From contig JAGXGK010000003.1 in the NCBI GenBank assembly GCA_024636785.1, positions 72,027 through 136,026 on the forward strand: 64,000 nucleotides of DNA. Direction: 5' to 3'. This document shows, piece by piece, positions 47,625 through 57,879 of this stretch. Numbering within the stretch: the first letter of the stretch is position 1; each line of letters opens with the position of its first letter. This DNA comes from Gammaproteobacteria bacterium (GTDB lineage: Bacteria; Pseudomonadota; Gammaproteobacteria; SZUA-229). A model generated the notes under the pieces. It did not search any database and was not told the DNA's origin. It worked only from the letters and a program-made list of their open reading frames with translations. The translations under genes were made by a program, and so were the position numbers.

Positions 47625-48416
47625 TTATTCTGTAACCTGTCTGTACTGCTCGGCAATGTCGACATTTTTTCGCAGGTGGCTGGTGTTGATGGTGCCAACG
47701 ATCATGCTGCTGACCGCAGGCTGAGTGAGCACATGCTGAAACGATTTTTCTATGCCGTGCCCCCCTTCCGCCACACCGGCATAGCCACTCAGCAAGCCTT
47801 TTTTAATAACCACGCCTTTATGCAGCACTCCGGCTCTGTCCAAAACGGCCTGTTCTTCATTGTATTCGAGATTGCAGGTCGCCATCACCACATCACAGTT
47901 TTCAACAACCCAGAGGCCGCCTTCGACGGTTTTGCTGGACATACCGAATGCCCGAATCAGACCTTTCTGTTTCAGCTTTTCCAGTTCGGCCAGGGCATCG
48001 GTCTGATGGATAACATTCATGTCATCACCACTGGAATGCACCAGCACTACATCGAGATAATCGCGGCGCATTTTTCTCAGGCTGCTCTCCACGCTTTCGC
48101 GAGTATGTTTAGCGGAGAAATCAAAGTGTGACTGCCCCTTTTCAAAAATTTCACCGACCTTGGTTTCGATGACCCAGTCGTGGCGCTGCGCCAGCAGTTT
48201 GCCCAGGCGTTCTTCGCTTGTACCGTAAGCGGGTGCGGTGTCGATAAAATTAATACCCAGCGACCAGGCCAGATCGAGAATGCGCATGACATCTTCGTCA
48301 TCGGGAATTTTAAATTCCTGCGGGTATTTGACCTGCTCGTTGCGGCCAAATTTAACGGTGCCTAAGCCCAGCACACTGACATCGATGCCGGTTGAGCCTA
48401 ACGTTCTTTTTTCCAT
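47625..48416 (-). CDS. Aldo/keto reductase family oxidoreductase
   Basis: MEKRTLGSTGIDVSVLGLGT..., INFIDTAPAYG, LVHS. Start ATG 48416 shares one base with the upstream stop. Confidence 0.8.
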   Translation of the reverse strand: MEKRTLGSTGIDVSVLGLGTVKFGRNEQVKYPQEFKIPDDEDVMRILDLAWSLGINFIDTAPAYGTSEERLGKLLAQRHDWVIETKVGEIFEKGQSHFDFSAKHTRESVESSLRKMRRDYLDVVLVHSSGDDMNVIHQTDALAELEKLKQKGLIRAFGMSSKTVEGGLWVVENCDVVMATCNLEYNEEQAVLDRAGVLHKGVVIKKGLLSGYAGVAEGGHGIEKSFQHVLTQPAVSSMIVGTINTSHLRKNVDIAEQYRQVTE

Positions 48417-49609
48417 CACATTGACCACCTTGATGCTTCGTTCCATGGCAGAATCGCGTAAGCCGGCTTTGGCCACAGAGGCAGTTCAGCCTCAGCTACA
48501 CGCTTCAATCTTTCATTATCAATCATTTCTAAAATCCGTTCGGCCATCACCGGTGCCAGCGCCATTTTTGTCGGCCACGCGGTCATCACTTTATGCTGTT
48601 GTTCGACGTAAAATGTATCGGGTCGTTTTGTACCCGGCTTCTTCACTTCGGCGCGATTTATAGCCAACGTCGCCCACTGAAATTTCGACTGATCCAGCCA
48701 GGGGATAAGTTCGGCCAGTTCCGCCTGCGCCTGTTTAATCTGTTCGGCATCGGAACGCGCCACGCCGTCTTCCGCCAGCTGCCCGCCCAGATACCAGACC
48801 ACCTCGCCCTGCGCATCACGGTTTGAAGTAATGGTAATGCGCGGGTTAACGCTACCGCCCATACAGTGCGCAAACACCATGTCAGCAAGCCCGCCGCGCA
48901 GCATGACCATTTTCAACGGACGCAACTGCATCTGCGGTTGCTGCAAGCCTAACGCGGCTAATAAATTTTCATTTCCCTGCCCGGCGGTCAGTATGATTTT
49001 TTTGAAATCGAAATCATAACTTTGATCATCCTGCGCCTGCACAGACAACCTGTCTTTATCATATTTAATGTTGCCGGCTTTTATCGCCAGTATCGAATCC
49101 ATCACCGGTTCGGCAATGGCACGTACGACACTCATGGCATCAAACACCGGCTCATCCAGCGCATAAATCTGGCCTTTGAAACCAGCATGCCTGAACAGTG
49201 CTGGGCGGGCGTTTTCAGCCAGCTCGCTGGTACGCGCTCGCATCACCTTGCTGGCAAAAAAACCGGAAACGCGGGACGTTAAGTTGGAGGTTGACCACAG
49301 ATAATGTGCTTCTGATAACAGCGTTGCGCGCGTTAAATCGAGCACGCCGCGGCCGTTATAACAATTGCGCCACAGCGCGGGCATGTCGGCCACCGCTTCC
49401 GAGGAGGCGCTCAGTTTTCCGGTTAAGGCGTATTTGGTGCCGCCGTGGATGATGCCCTGGGCAAAGCGGGTCTGCCCAGCACCCAGTGCTTCGGCCTCCA
49501 GCAGCACAGCTTTATAACCCGCCTGTTTCAACCGGGCCAGCGTCCACAAACCGGCGATGCCACCACCTACTATAACAACATCGACGTTTACGGCAGTGCT
49601 GTCAGTCAT
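48416..49609 (-). CDS. FAD-dependent oxidoreductase (DAO/glycerol-3-phosphate-dehydrogenase-like)
   Basis: VDVVIVGGGIAGLW Rossmann motif, 397 aa. Its start shares one base with the hldE stop. Confidence 0.7.
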   Translation of the reverse strand: MTDSTAVNVDVVIVGGGIAGLWTLARLKQAGYKAVLLEAEALGAGQTRFAQGIIHGGTKYALTGKLSASSEAVADMPALWRNCYNGRGVLDLTRATLLSEAHYLWSTSNLTSRVSGFFASKVMRARTSELAENARPALFRHAGFKGQIYALDEPVFDAMSVVRAIAEPVMDSILAIKAGNIKYDKDRLSVQAQDDQSYDFDFKKIILTAGQGNENLLAALGLQQPQMQLRPLKMVMLRGGLADMVFAHCMGGSVNPRITITSNRDAQGEVVWYLGGQLAEDGVARSDAEQIKQAQAELAELIPWLDQSKFQWATLAINRAEVKKPGTKRPDTFYVEQQHKVMTAWPTKMALAPVMAERILEMIDNERLKRVAEAELPLWPKPAYAILPWNEASRWSM

Positions 49610-51045
49610 TACTTCGATGTGCCTTTGCCTCGAATCGAACCGATTATTTCGGTGGTCGAGATGCCGTCCGTATAAGACAGCACTTTCACCTGCCCCCCGG
49701 CTTTGCGCACACAGTCACCGCCCGGAATTTTATCCGGATCATTGTCGCCGCCTTTCACCAGAATGTCCGGTTGCAGTTCGCAGATCAGGCGCGTGGGTTC
49801 GTCTTCCACGAACGGCACGACCCAGTCGACACATTCCAGCGCCGACAGCATGCGCATTCGATATTCGACGCTGTTCACCGGACGATCCGCGCCTTTCAGT
49901 CGGCGCACGGTTTCATCGATATTGACCGCCACCAGTAGCCGATCACCCAGCTCGCGCGCCTGCTCCAGATAGGTGACGTGACCGGCGTGCAGAATATCAA
50001 AGCAGCCGTTGGTCATGACGATTGTCTCGCCATGCTGGCGGCAGGCTGCGACCGCCTTGAACAGGCTCGCCTCGTCGAGCACGCCGCGCTCAACCACAAA
50101 ATATTCGCGATTCGCCAGCTGCAACTCGTCCACGGTAACGCTGGCGGTGCCGGATTTGGCCACCACCAGTCCGGCGGCGAAATTGGCCAGCGCCGTGCTC
50201 TGTGGTAGATCCTGCCCCGCCGCCAGCGCCGCAGCCAGGGTTGAAATCACGGTATCGCCCGCGCCGGTGACATCAAACACGTCGCGCGCGCGGGTCGGCA
50301 GATGGGTCACGCTTTTGCTGCCCTCAATCAGGCTCATGCCGTGTTCACTGCGCGTCACCAGCAGGGCGCCTAGCTGATGCTGCTCGCGCAGCTGCTCGCC
50401 TTTTGCGGCCAGTTCGGCATCATTGACACAGGGGCCCACCACGGCTTCGAACTCGGAGAGATTCGGCGTGATCAGGCTCGCGCCCGCGTACTTGCTGAAG
50501 TCGCTGCCCTTGGGGTCGATCAGGATGGGAATGTTTTTCTGCCTGCACAGGGCGATCAGACTCTGCACATTGCGCAGGCAGCCCTTGCCGTAATCCGAAC
50601 AGACCACCACGTCATGCTCAGCCAGCAACTTGCCGAATTCGGCCTCCATGGCGGATAGATCCTGACCTATAAAGCCGTCTTCAAAATCCAGACGGATCAG
50701 TTGCTGATGACGGCTCATCACCCGCAGCTTGGTGACGGTGGCGTTATTTTTAAGGCGGATAAAATGCGTGTTCACGCCGGCGGCTTGCAGGCTTTTTTCC
50801 AGTGCATTGGCGGCGTCATCATCGCCGGTCAGACCCAGCACGGTACTGTGCCCGCCGAGTACCGCGATGTTCAGCGCCACGTTTCCGGCACCGCCGGGGC
50901 GCTCTTCAATCTCGCTGACATGCACCACCGGCACCGGCGCTTCGGGCGAGATGCGCGAAGTCGGGCCGTGCCAGTAGCGATCCAGCATAAGGTCGCCGAC
51001 CACCAGCACCCGGGCGTTTTTGAAAGAGGGTATTTGTACGTGCAT
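49609..51045 (-). CDS. hldE: Bifunctional D-beta-D-heptose 7-phosphate kinase / heptose 1-phosphate adenylyltransferase
   Basis: Collinear with E. coli HldE from memory (VVGDLMLDRYWHGPTSRISPEAPVPVV...TNGCFDILHAGHV...). Start trimmed to MHVQIP at 51045. Confidence 0.92.
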   Translation of the reverse strand: MHVQIPSFKNARVLVVGDLMLDRYWHGPTSRISPEAPVPVVHVSEIEERPGGAGNVALNIAVLGGHSTVLGLTGDDDAANALEKSLQAAGVNTHFIRLKNNATVTKLRVMSRHQQLIRLDFEDGFIGQDLSAMEAEFGKLLAEHDVVVCSDYGKGCLRNVQSLIALCRQKNIPILIDPKGSDFSKYAGASLITPNLSEFEAVVGPCVNDAELAAKGEQLREQHQLGALLVTRSEHGMSLIEGSKSVTHLPTRARDVFDVTGAGDTVISTLAAALAAGQDLPQSTALANFAAGLVVAKSGTASVTVDELQLANREYFVVERGVLDEASLFKAVAACRQHGETIVMTNGCFDILHAGHVTYLEQARELGDRLLVAVNIDETVRRLKGADRPVNSVEYRMRMLSALECVDWVVPFVEDEPTRLICELQPDILVKGGDNDPDKIPGGDCVRKAGGQVKVLSYTDGISTTEIIGSIRGKGTSK

Positions 51046-51059
51046 GTTTGCTTCTTGAA

Positions 51060-51269
51060 TTAATCCTTGAGAATGTATTCGCAACCACAATAGGGGCATT
51101 TTGCCGAGCCGGTTTCTTCCACCGGAATATAAACCTGAGGATGCGAATCCCACAGGCTGGTGCCCGGCATCGGGCAGTGTATCGGCAATATTTTTCTTAG
51201 CACCTCGTGCACCCTGTTTTCATTCGGCACATCAAGATCATCTTGCGTAGCAGTGTGTGGATTTGGCAT
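51060..51269 (-). CDS. Small zinc-finger (zf-CHCC-type) protein
   Basis: 69 aa, IHCPMP...KCPYCGCEYILKD. Confidence 0.65.
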   Translation of the reverse strand: MPNPHTATQDDLDVPNENRVHEVLRKILPIHCPMPGTSLWDSHPQVYIPVEETGSAKCPYCGCEYILKD

Positions 51270-51489
51270 ATTTAACTCCTGGTGTTATTTAGTGCATTAA
51301 CAAGCACAGATACGCGCCTCTCATCGTTGTGCTGCGCAATGTTGCCGTCTGTAACTCGCATTAATCGCCCGATGAAATCTCCCAGACTGATCTTGCTTTT
51401 ATCCGCGTTCATCAATGGACAAAAATTTTCTGTTTTTATTCAATCCGTACCGACACCAAATTGTCACATCCCACATAGCTTTTGCCTTT

Positions 51490-51533
51490 TTCGCGTACTT
51501 GGCGTCCTTCGCGGATAATGTTTTTATCTGTGC
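51490..51533. repeat. Solo half-copy of the 29.3-kb repeat family
   Basis: ttggcgtccttcgcggataatgtttttatctgtgc resembles ttggcgtcctttgcgttcttcgcggac...tgtttttatctgcg at 29314-29362. Confidence 0.6.
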
Positions 51534-51537
51534 AACA

Positions 51538-52464
51538 TTATTTAACCAGGGTCAGCCATTCCGGATGCATATCCAGACGTCCATGCACCAGATCAAAATA
51601 GAGCGCTTGCAGTTTTTCGGTAATCGGCCCACGTTCGCCGACTCCGATGACGCGATTATCCACTTCTCGCACCGGCGTAACTTCGGCGGCAGTGCCGGTG
51701 AAAAAGACTTCATCGGCAATATAGACTTCATCGCGGGTAATGCGTTTTTCGCGCAGCTCGTAGCCCTGGCTGCTGGCCAGCTCGAACAGCGTGTTGCGGG
51801 TAATGCCGTTCAGCGCCGAGGTTAAGTCCGGGGTATAAATCACGCCATCGCGAATGATGAAGATGTTCTCGCCGCTGCCTTCCGCGACATAGCCTTCATT
51901 GTCCAGCAGCATGGCCTCATCATAACCACAGGCGATGGCCTCCTGTAGCGCCAGCATGGAATTGATGTAGTGGCCGTTGGCTTTGGCCTTGCACATGCTG
52001 ATGTTGACGTGATGCCGGGTGTAGGAAGAGGTGCGCACACGAATGCCTTTTTCCAGCGCTTCCTTGCCCAGATAAGCGCCCCATTGCCAGGCCGCTATAA
52101 TCACGTGCACTTTCAGATTATCTGCGCGCAGGCCCATGCCTTCTGAACCGTAAAAACACATCGGGCGGATATAGGCGGTTTCAAGATTATTCTGTTGCAC
52201 CGCCTGACGTTGCGCTTCGCTGATGGTGGCCTTATCAAAGGGCATTTCCATCTGCATGATATGGGCCGAATCAAACAGGCGGCGGGTGTGCTCTTCCAGA
52301 CGGAAAATCGCCGTGCCTTTATCGGTTTTGTAGGCGCGCACGCCTTCAAATACACCCATGCCGTAATGCAGGGTATGGGTGAGCACGTGCACTTTGGCAT
52401 CACGCCACGGCACCATCTCACCATCGAACCAGATTACGCCGTCACGGTCATCCATGGTATGCAT
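51538..52464 (-). CDS. ilvE: Branched-chain amino acid aminotransferase
   Basis: DRDGVIWFDGEMVPWRDAKVHVLTHTLHYGMGVFEGVRAY.... Start ATG 52464 is preceded by GGAGAG with 7-nt spacing. Confidence 0.92.
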   Translation of the reverse strand: MHTMDDRDGVIWFDGEMVPWRDAKVHVLTHTLHYGMGVFEGVRAYKTDKGTAIFRLEEHTRRLFDSAHIMQMEMPFDKATISEAQRQAVQQNNLETAYIRPMCFYGSEGMGLRADNLKVHVIIAAWQWGAYLGKEALEKGIRVRTSSYTRHHVNISMCKAKANGHYINSMLALQEAIACGYDEAMLLDNEGYVAEGSGENIFIIRDGVIYTPDLTSALNGITRNTLFELASSQGYELREKRITRDEVYIADEVFFTGTAAEVTPVREVDNRVIGVGERGPITEKLQALYFDLVHGRLDMHPEWLTLVK

Positions 52465-52575
52465 TATTGATCTCTCCACACATTCATTATTATTACCCGT
52501 TAATTTGTATAAAGCGCCTTTAGCCCATCCGGTTATCAGGCGCTTGCATTAAATAGTCACGACCGCCCTGTGCAG

Positions 52576-55491
52576 TCATTCGATCTGTTCTTTTGCCGGC
52601 ATCAAACGCTGCCACACGGCTTCCACTTTTTCCCGATAGACCGACATCGTTTCGTCATCCAGCGCGGCAATCATTAACGCCTGCCGGTTAACCTGTTGCC
52701 GATACTGCCGGTAAGCCTGACTCAAGGTCTCTGACTCCTGCGCGGTAAACCAGTCACAGGCAACCAGCTGACTCAAAAAGGTGAGCGTTGAGGTGCTCTC
52801 CAGTAGATCACTGTGCGCCTGCACGTGCAGCAAAACCCCCGCCTGCGTCAGAAATTCGATATCAATTATGCCGCCGGTATCCTGCTTGATATCAAAGCGG
52901 GTCGCATCCTTGCTGCTCAGATGTTCGCGCATTTTGTAGCGCATTTTAGCGACATCATCACACAAAGACAGCGCATCGCGCGGCCTCGCCAAAACCGAAT
53001 GGCGAATTCTAGCAAATTCCTGCCGCACGTGGTCATTTCCGGCCACAATCCGCGCCCTGATTAACGCCTGATGCTCCCAGGTCCAGGCCTTGTCCCGCTG
53101 GTACAGCTCAAAAGCATTCAGGCTGCTCACCATCAGGCCCGATTGCCCCTGCGGGCGCAGCCGGATATCGGTCTCGTAGAGCAGGCCTGAATGCATGCGC
53201 GCGCCCAGAATATGCAGCACCTTCTGCGCCACCCGGCTAAAAAAGGTCGAGTTGTCGATGACCCTATTACCCGCCGCATCGCCCTCGGTGAGCTGATTTT
53301 CGCCCGCGCTGCCGTGCAGAAAAACAATATCCAGATCAGAACCGTAACCCAGCTCCAGCCCGCCCAGCTTGCCGTAAGCAACAATGGCAATGCCGGGAAA
53401 AACGATTTCGCCCTCAATGCAGCACACCGGCCGGCCATGCTTGTGACACAGCTCGTCCCAGGCCAGTTGCAGGGTCTTCACCAATATCACCTCGGCGATA
53501 TGGCTGAGCGTGCTGCCAACATCGGTCACAGCCAGAATCTGATTGACATCCAGCACAGCGGTTTTCATCACCTGGGTATTTTTGAACTGGCGCAGGCGAT
53601 CCATATACTGCTCAAGATCACCCGCCTGCACCGAAGACAGCAGGTACTCAAGCTCCTGCGCCAGCGCCTGATAATCCTTGGCCTGATAGAGCTCGTCGGC
53701 GTCAAGCAATTCATCCATCAGAATCGGCTGCGCCTTCAGTTGCTGCACGAACCAGACACTGGTGGCGCACAGCGACAGCATCTGCGCGCGCGCCTGCGCA
53801 TATTCCAGCAGCAGGTTGATGTAGACCTGACGACCCGCCACCGCGCTCAGAATCTGCAACACCCGCTCCACCAGTACATCGGGCTCCGGAAACGCGGCGA
53901 TAGCCGCCAGCAGTTTCGACAGCAACTTCAGCAGACGCTGCGCAGCCTGCTCGGAGAGGCTACGGATACGAGCATCCTTGCGAAAAGCCTCCAGTTGCTT
54001 CAGTACCGCTTCGGCATCGGAAAAATTGTTTTGCTCCAGCCAGTGCCGCAGCTCCTCCGTATCTGCAATATTCGCCCAGTAGCTCTTCAACGCCGATGCC
54101 TGCTTTTCCAGCACTGAAGGCTCATCCTCTTCACGTGAAATAATCGCCTGAAATACTGCATGCACATTATCGCGGTGCGCTTCGATTTTCGGAGTCAACG
54201 CCTGCCAGTTCTCTTCATTCATGGCCAGCGCCAGCCGTTGCCGCGTGACCTCGTCCACGGGCAGGTTGTGCGCCTGCATATCCCTGAACATCTGAATTCT
54301 GTTTTCCAGCCGGCGCAGAAAACGGTAGGCCTGCTGCAACCGGGCCGTTTCGTGACTTTCCAGCAACTTCATCTCCGCCAGCAGATCCAGCACCGGCATA
54401 ATGCCGCGCTTTTGCAGCGCGATATCGTGGCCGCCGCGCAGCAGCTGAAACGTCTGGCCGATGAATTCGATTTCACGAATGCCGCCGCGCCCCAATTTGA
54501 TATTGTCGGCAATACCCTTGCGACGCACTTCGGATTCGATCATGGCCTTCATTTCTCGGATGGATTCGAAGGTCGAAAAATCCAGATAGCGCCGGTAAAT
54601 AAATGGCCGCAAGGTGGCCTCCAGCTCGTCGATGTCCGATTGCTTTCCTGTTAACGCCCGGGCCTTGATCATGGCGTAACGCTCCCAGTCGCGGCCCTGC
54701 GACTGGTAGTAATTTTCGACAGCACCAAAACCCATTGCCAGCGGGCCGCTTTCGCCGTTAGGGCGCAAGCGCGTATCGACCCGGAAAACAAAACCGTCCT
54801 GAGTGGTCTCATTAAGAAATTTGACCAGTTTCCCACCCAGGCGCAGAAAAAACTCATGGTTGGATCGCACACGCCCGCCCTGCGTTTCACCCTCTTCCGG
54901 GTAGACAAAAATCAGATCGATATCGGAAGAAAAATTCAGCTCGTGACCGCCGAGCTTGCCCATGCCCAGCACCAGCATGAACTGCGGCTCGCCGGCCTCG
55001 CTCATCGGTGTGCCGGTGACCTCAACCGCCTGATGATGCAGGTAATTCAGGGTTTCGGAAACCATGGCTTCAGCGAAATCGCTGAGCTCGTGCAGAATCT
55101 GTTCCAGCGGAGCCAGCTCATTCAGATCGCGCCAGGCAATGCGCAGCATCTCCTGCTGGCGCTGCACGCGCAAAGCGGCCATCACCGCCGCCTCATTATC
55201 CGGAGCTGCCGCCAGAGCGGCCTGGATTCGAGCTCTGAAATCAGCAAGCTCGGAATCACTATCAGCCCCCTGCTCGAGCAGGGCTTTCAGCATGGCGGGT
55301 TTGCGGGTAGACAGGCGCGCGACAAAGTCGCTACACGCCCAGACGCGGCCAACCACCACCAAAGCAACCGGCAGATCAGTGGACAGACCTTGCGCTTCAC
55401 ACGCCTGACACCAGTGCTGCCAGTACAGGCTGACGGAGTCATGCAGCGTGGCTGGTAGCGTATCGATTAATTCGGTAGGGATTGAAGACAT
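52576..55491 (-). CDS. glnE: Bifunctional glutamine synthetase adenylyltransferase/adenylyl-removing enzyme
   Basis: 971 aa with two nucleotidyltransferase halves (GKLGGHELNFSSDIDLIF and GKLGGLELGYGSDLDIVF). Confidence 0.92.
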   Translation of the reverse strand: MSSIPTELIDTLPATLHDSVSLYWQHWCQACEAQGLSTDLPVALVVVGRVWACSDFVARLSTRKPAMLKALLEQGADSDSELADFRARIQAALAAAPDNEAAVMAALRVQRQQEMLRIAWRDLNELAPLEQILHELSDFAEAMVSETLNYLHHQAVEVTGTPMSEAGEPQFMLVLGMGKLGGHELNFSSDIDLIFVYPEEGETQGGRVRSNHEFFLRLGGKLVKFLNETTQDGFVFRVDTRLRPNGESGPLAMGFGAVENYYQSQGRDWERYAMIKARALTGKQSDIDELEATLRPFIYRRYLDFSTFESIREMKAMIESEVRRKGIADNIKLGRGGIREIEFIGQTFQLLRGGHDIALQKRGIMPVLDLLAEMKLLESHETARLQQAYRFLRRLENRIQMFRDMQAHNLPVDEVTRQRLALAMNEENWQALTPKIEAHRDNVHAVFQAIISREEDEPSVLEKQASALKSYWANIADTEELRHWLEQNNFSDAEAVLKQLEAFRKDARIRSLSEQAAQRLLKLLSKLLAAIAAFPEPDVLVERVLQILSAVAGRQVYINLLLEYAQARAQMLSLCATSVWFVQQLKAQPILMDELLDADELYQAKDYQALAQELEYLLSSVQAGDLEQYMDRLRQFKNTQVMKTAVLDVNQILAVTDVGSTLSHIAEVILVKTLQLAWDELCHKHGRPVCCIEGEIVFPGIAIVAYGKLGGLELGYGSDLDIVFLHGSAGENQLTEGDAAGNRVIDNSTFFSRVAQKVLHILGARMHSGLLYETDIRLRPQGQSGLMVSSLNAFELYQRDKAWTWEHQALIRARIVAGNDHVRQEFARIRHSVLARPRDALSLCDDVAKMRYKMREHLSSKDATRFDIKQDTGGIIDIEFLTQAGVLLHVQAHSDLLESTSTLTFLSQLVACDWFTAQESETLSQAYRQYRQQVNRQALMIAALDDETMSVYREKVEAVWQRLMPAKEQIE

Positions 55492-55653
55492 GCTTTAACT
55501 TAGAACGAATGGGACGAGAAATACAGGCTTTCTTTGCCGATGCACCCATATTTTTTTACAGCAACGACAATTGCCGCAAGCCGGAGCCATACCAACAACC
55601 TGAATACCTGACAAAAAAGTCAGGGCGTCGACCTCATATTCAGGTAACAGGCC

Positions 55654-56919
55654 TTAGCCAAATATCCCCTTCAAGCTAAAGAAGAAGATAATCGAAAGTA
55701 TCGCCCCTGCCGGCAGGGTGATCACCCACGACATGAAGATGTTGCGGATTATATTGAGATTAAGGGCGGCCATGCCGCGCGCCATTCCCACACCCAGTAC
55801 TGCGCCCACCAGTGTGTGAGTGGTGGATACCGGAATCCCTGTGCCTGATGCCAGTACCACGGTGGTGGCGGCAGCCAGTTCGGCGGCAAAGCCTCGACTG
55901 GGGGTAAGTTCGGTAATCTGTTTACCGACGGTGGCGATGACTTTACGTCCATACATCATCAGGCCCGCCACGATGCCAACTCCACCCAGCAACAGCACCC
56001 ACATTGGCAGCGTCGATTTGCTCATAACTTCGCCACCACTGCTGACGATACCGACCACGGCGGCCACGGGGCCAATGGCATTGGCGACATCGTTGGAGCC
56101 GTGCGCAAAAGCCATACCGCAAGCGGTGACGATCATCAGCACACCGAATACTTTTTCGACATTGGTGTAGTGAAAATATTTGTCGGCCGCAGGATCAATC
56201 TTAATTCGCAGGATAAAGAATCGTCCAACGAGCATGACGACAACACCTATGGCCACCGCGTAGGCGTAACTTTCCGCCAGGCTTATTTCCAGGCCGACGT
56301 GCTTGAGGCCCTTGGTCATGGTCACCAGCGCCATCATGAAACCGGCCAGAAAGATATAGAGCGGCACATAACGCTTGGCGTATTTCAGCGGATCCTCACG
56401 ATTGAGAATCAGTCTCTGCACGCTGCGGAACAGCAAATAGGCGATGGTTCCAGCCAGCAGGGGTGAGATCACCCAGCTTGCTACAATGAAACCGATTTTT
56501 TCCCATTTCACCGCTTCCATGCCGATGCCGACCATGGCGAAGCCGACAATCGCGCCCACAATGGAATGCGTGGTTGAAACCGGCCAGCCGTTATGCGAGG
56601 CGATCAATAGCCATAAACCCGCCGCCAGCAGGGAGGCCAGCATGCCGTAGAGCAACAGGTCGGGGGAACCGGAAATGATTTCGGCATCAACGATGCCCTT
56701 GCGTATCGTCTGCGTGACCTGCCCGCCCGCCAGCACCGCACCGGCAAACTCGAATACCGCCGCCACCACAATCGCCTGCTTGATGGTCAACGCTTTCGAG
56801 CCTACGGATGTTGCCATGGCATTGGCCACATCATTCGCGCCAATGCCCCATGCCATGAACAGGCCAAAGACACCGGCCAGAATCAAAAAGGTCGTGCTAT
56901 ATTGGGTAATTACCTCCAT
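55654..56919 (-). CDS. Inorganic phosphate transporter, PiT family
   Basis: Duplicated GANDVANA / GSNDVANAIGP signature and many TM segments. Confidence 0.9.
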   Translation of the reverse strand: MEVITQYSTTFLILAGVFGLFMAWGIGANDVANAMATSVGSKALTIKQAIVVAAVFEFAGAVLAGGQVTQTIRKGIVDAEIISGSPDLLLYGMLASLLAAGLWLLIASHNGWPVSTTHSIVGAIVGFAMVGIGMEAVKWEKIGFIVASWVISPLLAGTIAYLLFRSVQRLILNREDPLKYAKRYVPLYIFLAGFMMALVTMTKGLKHVGLEISLAESYAYAVAIGVVVMLVGRFFILRIKIDPAADKYFHYTNVEKVFGVLMIVTACGMAFAHGSNDVANAIGPVAAVVGIVSSGGEVMSKSTLPMWVLLLGGVGIVAGLMMYGRKVIATVGKQITELTPSRGFAAELAAATTVVLASGTGIPVSTTHTLVGAVLGVGMARGMAALNLNIIRNIFMSWVITLPAGAILSIIFFFSLKGIFG

Positions 56920-57599
56920 TAGCGCGCCAGCATCAGCTGCAAACGACTACCCACGCGTTGCGAGTAATCGGCAACATCGCCGGTCTCTTCGATGATCTTG
57001 TACAGAAACATCACATCGACCGGCAGTAACTCCTTTTCTATGGCGAATATTTTGTGGCGAATTCTGGACTGTAAATAATCAGTATCACTCTCAATCTCGT
57101 CCAGCTTGGTGATCATGGCTGAAACAATCTTTATTTCCTGGCCACTGAAACCGGTTTCCACCAGTTCATCGAGTTCATTGATAGCTTTTTTGGCCTGCTT
57201 ACAGGCATCTACACAGCGCTGCGCAAATCGGATGTAATCGACGTGAATCACTTCCGGCAACACCATGCGTCGGCCTACGATAATGCCGGCGATGTCTTTG
57301 GCTTGATTAGCAATCTTGTCCTGAGACAGCAGCACCTCCAGCAGGTCCTGTCTGGACATGGGCATAAACAGGCTTTTGGGCAGGTTCAGGCGCAAGGCTT
57401 TTTTGAGCACATCGGCCTCTTCTTCAAGACGGGAGATTTTTTGCTGAATCAGCTCGACGTTTTCCCAGTTTTCATCGATCACAGCATTAAACAGCGGCAC
57501 CAACTCCGAGGCACAGGCATAAACCATCGCCATATGCTCCTGCATAGGATCAACCGGCGAGCGGCCGAAAATCCCGGTCATATATCCAGATAAGGTCAT
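56919..57599 (-). CDS. PhoU-like DUF47 (TIGR00153) phosphate-transport accessory protein
   Basis: 226-aa helical protein whose stop shares one base with the PiT start, the classic pairing. The start may be M7 (57581). Confidence 0.8.
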   Translation of the reverse strand: MTLSGYMTGIFGRSPVDPMQEHMAMVYACASELVPLFNAVIDENWENVELIQQKISRLEEEADVLKKALRLNLPKSLFMPMSRQDLLEVLLSQDKIANQAKDIAGIIVGRRMVLPEVIHVDYIRFAQRCVDACKQAKKAINELDELVETGFSGQEIKIVSAMITKLDEIESDTDYLQSRIRHKIFAIEKELLPVDVMFLYKIIEETGDVADYSQRVGSRLQLMLAR

Positions 57600-57879
57600 A
57601 TTGCTGATCTCCTTCCGGCACCATTGCGCGGAAACATTTGCACTGTGTGATTCTGAATTTTCAAGGCATTGTAAGTATTTGCAAGCAAAATGAAAGCTTT
57701 TTAAGCCCGTGCACCAACGGCGTATTTCGCCTGTCGCTGCAAGCTTCTGTTTAATAATGCTATTTTTTTAAGCTGGACACTTCTTGCGCCGGCTTTTTCT
57801 TTAATTCATTGTCGAACGGCTTCCTGTCAGTTACCCCGTCCGTTAAACTGTGCCGAGTTTAAATTTATGGGTATTTCGA

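Noticed and set aside
53191-55458. 308-, 164- and 200-aa plus-strand ORFs opposite glnE.
   Set aside because: All are antisense to an uninterrupted 971-aa GlnE and have Gln/Leu/His/Arg-rich low-complexity translations.
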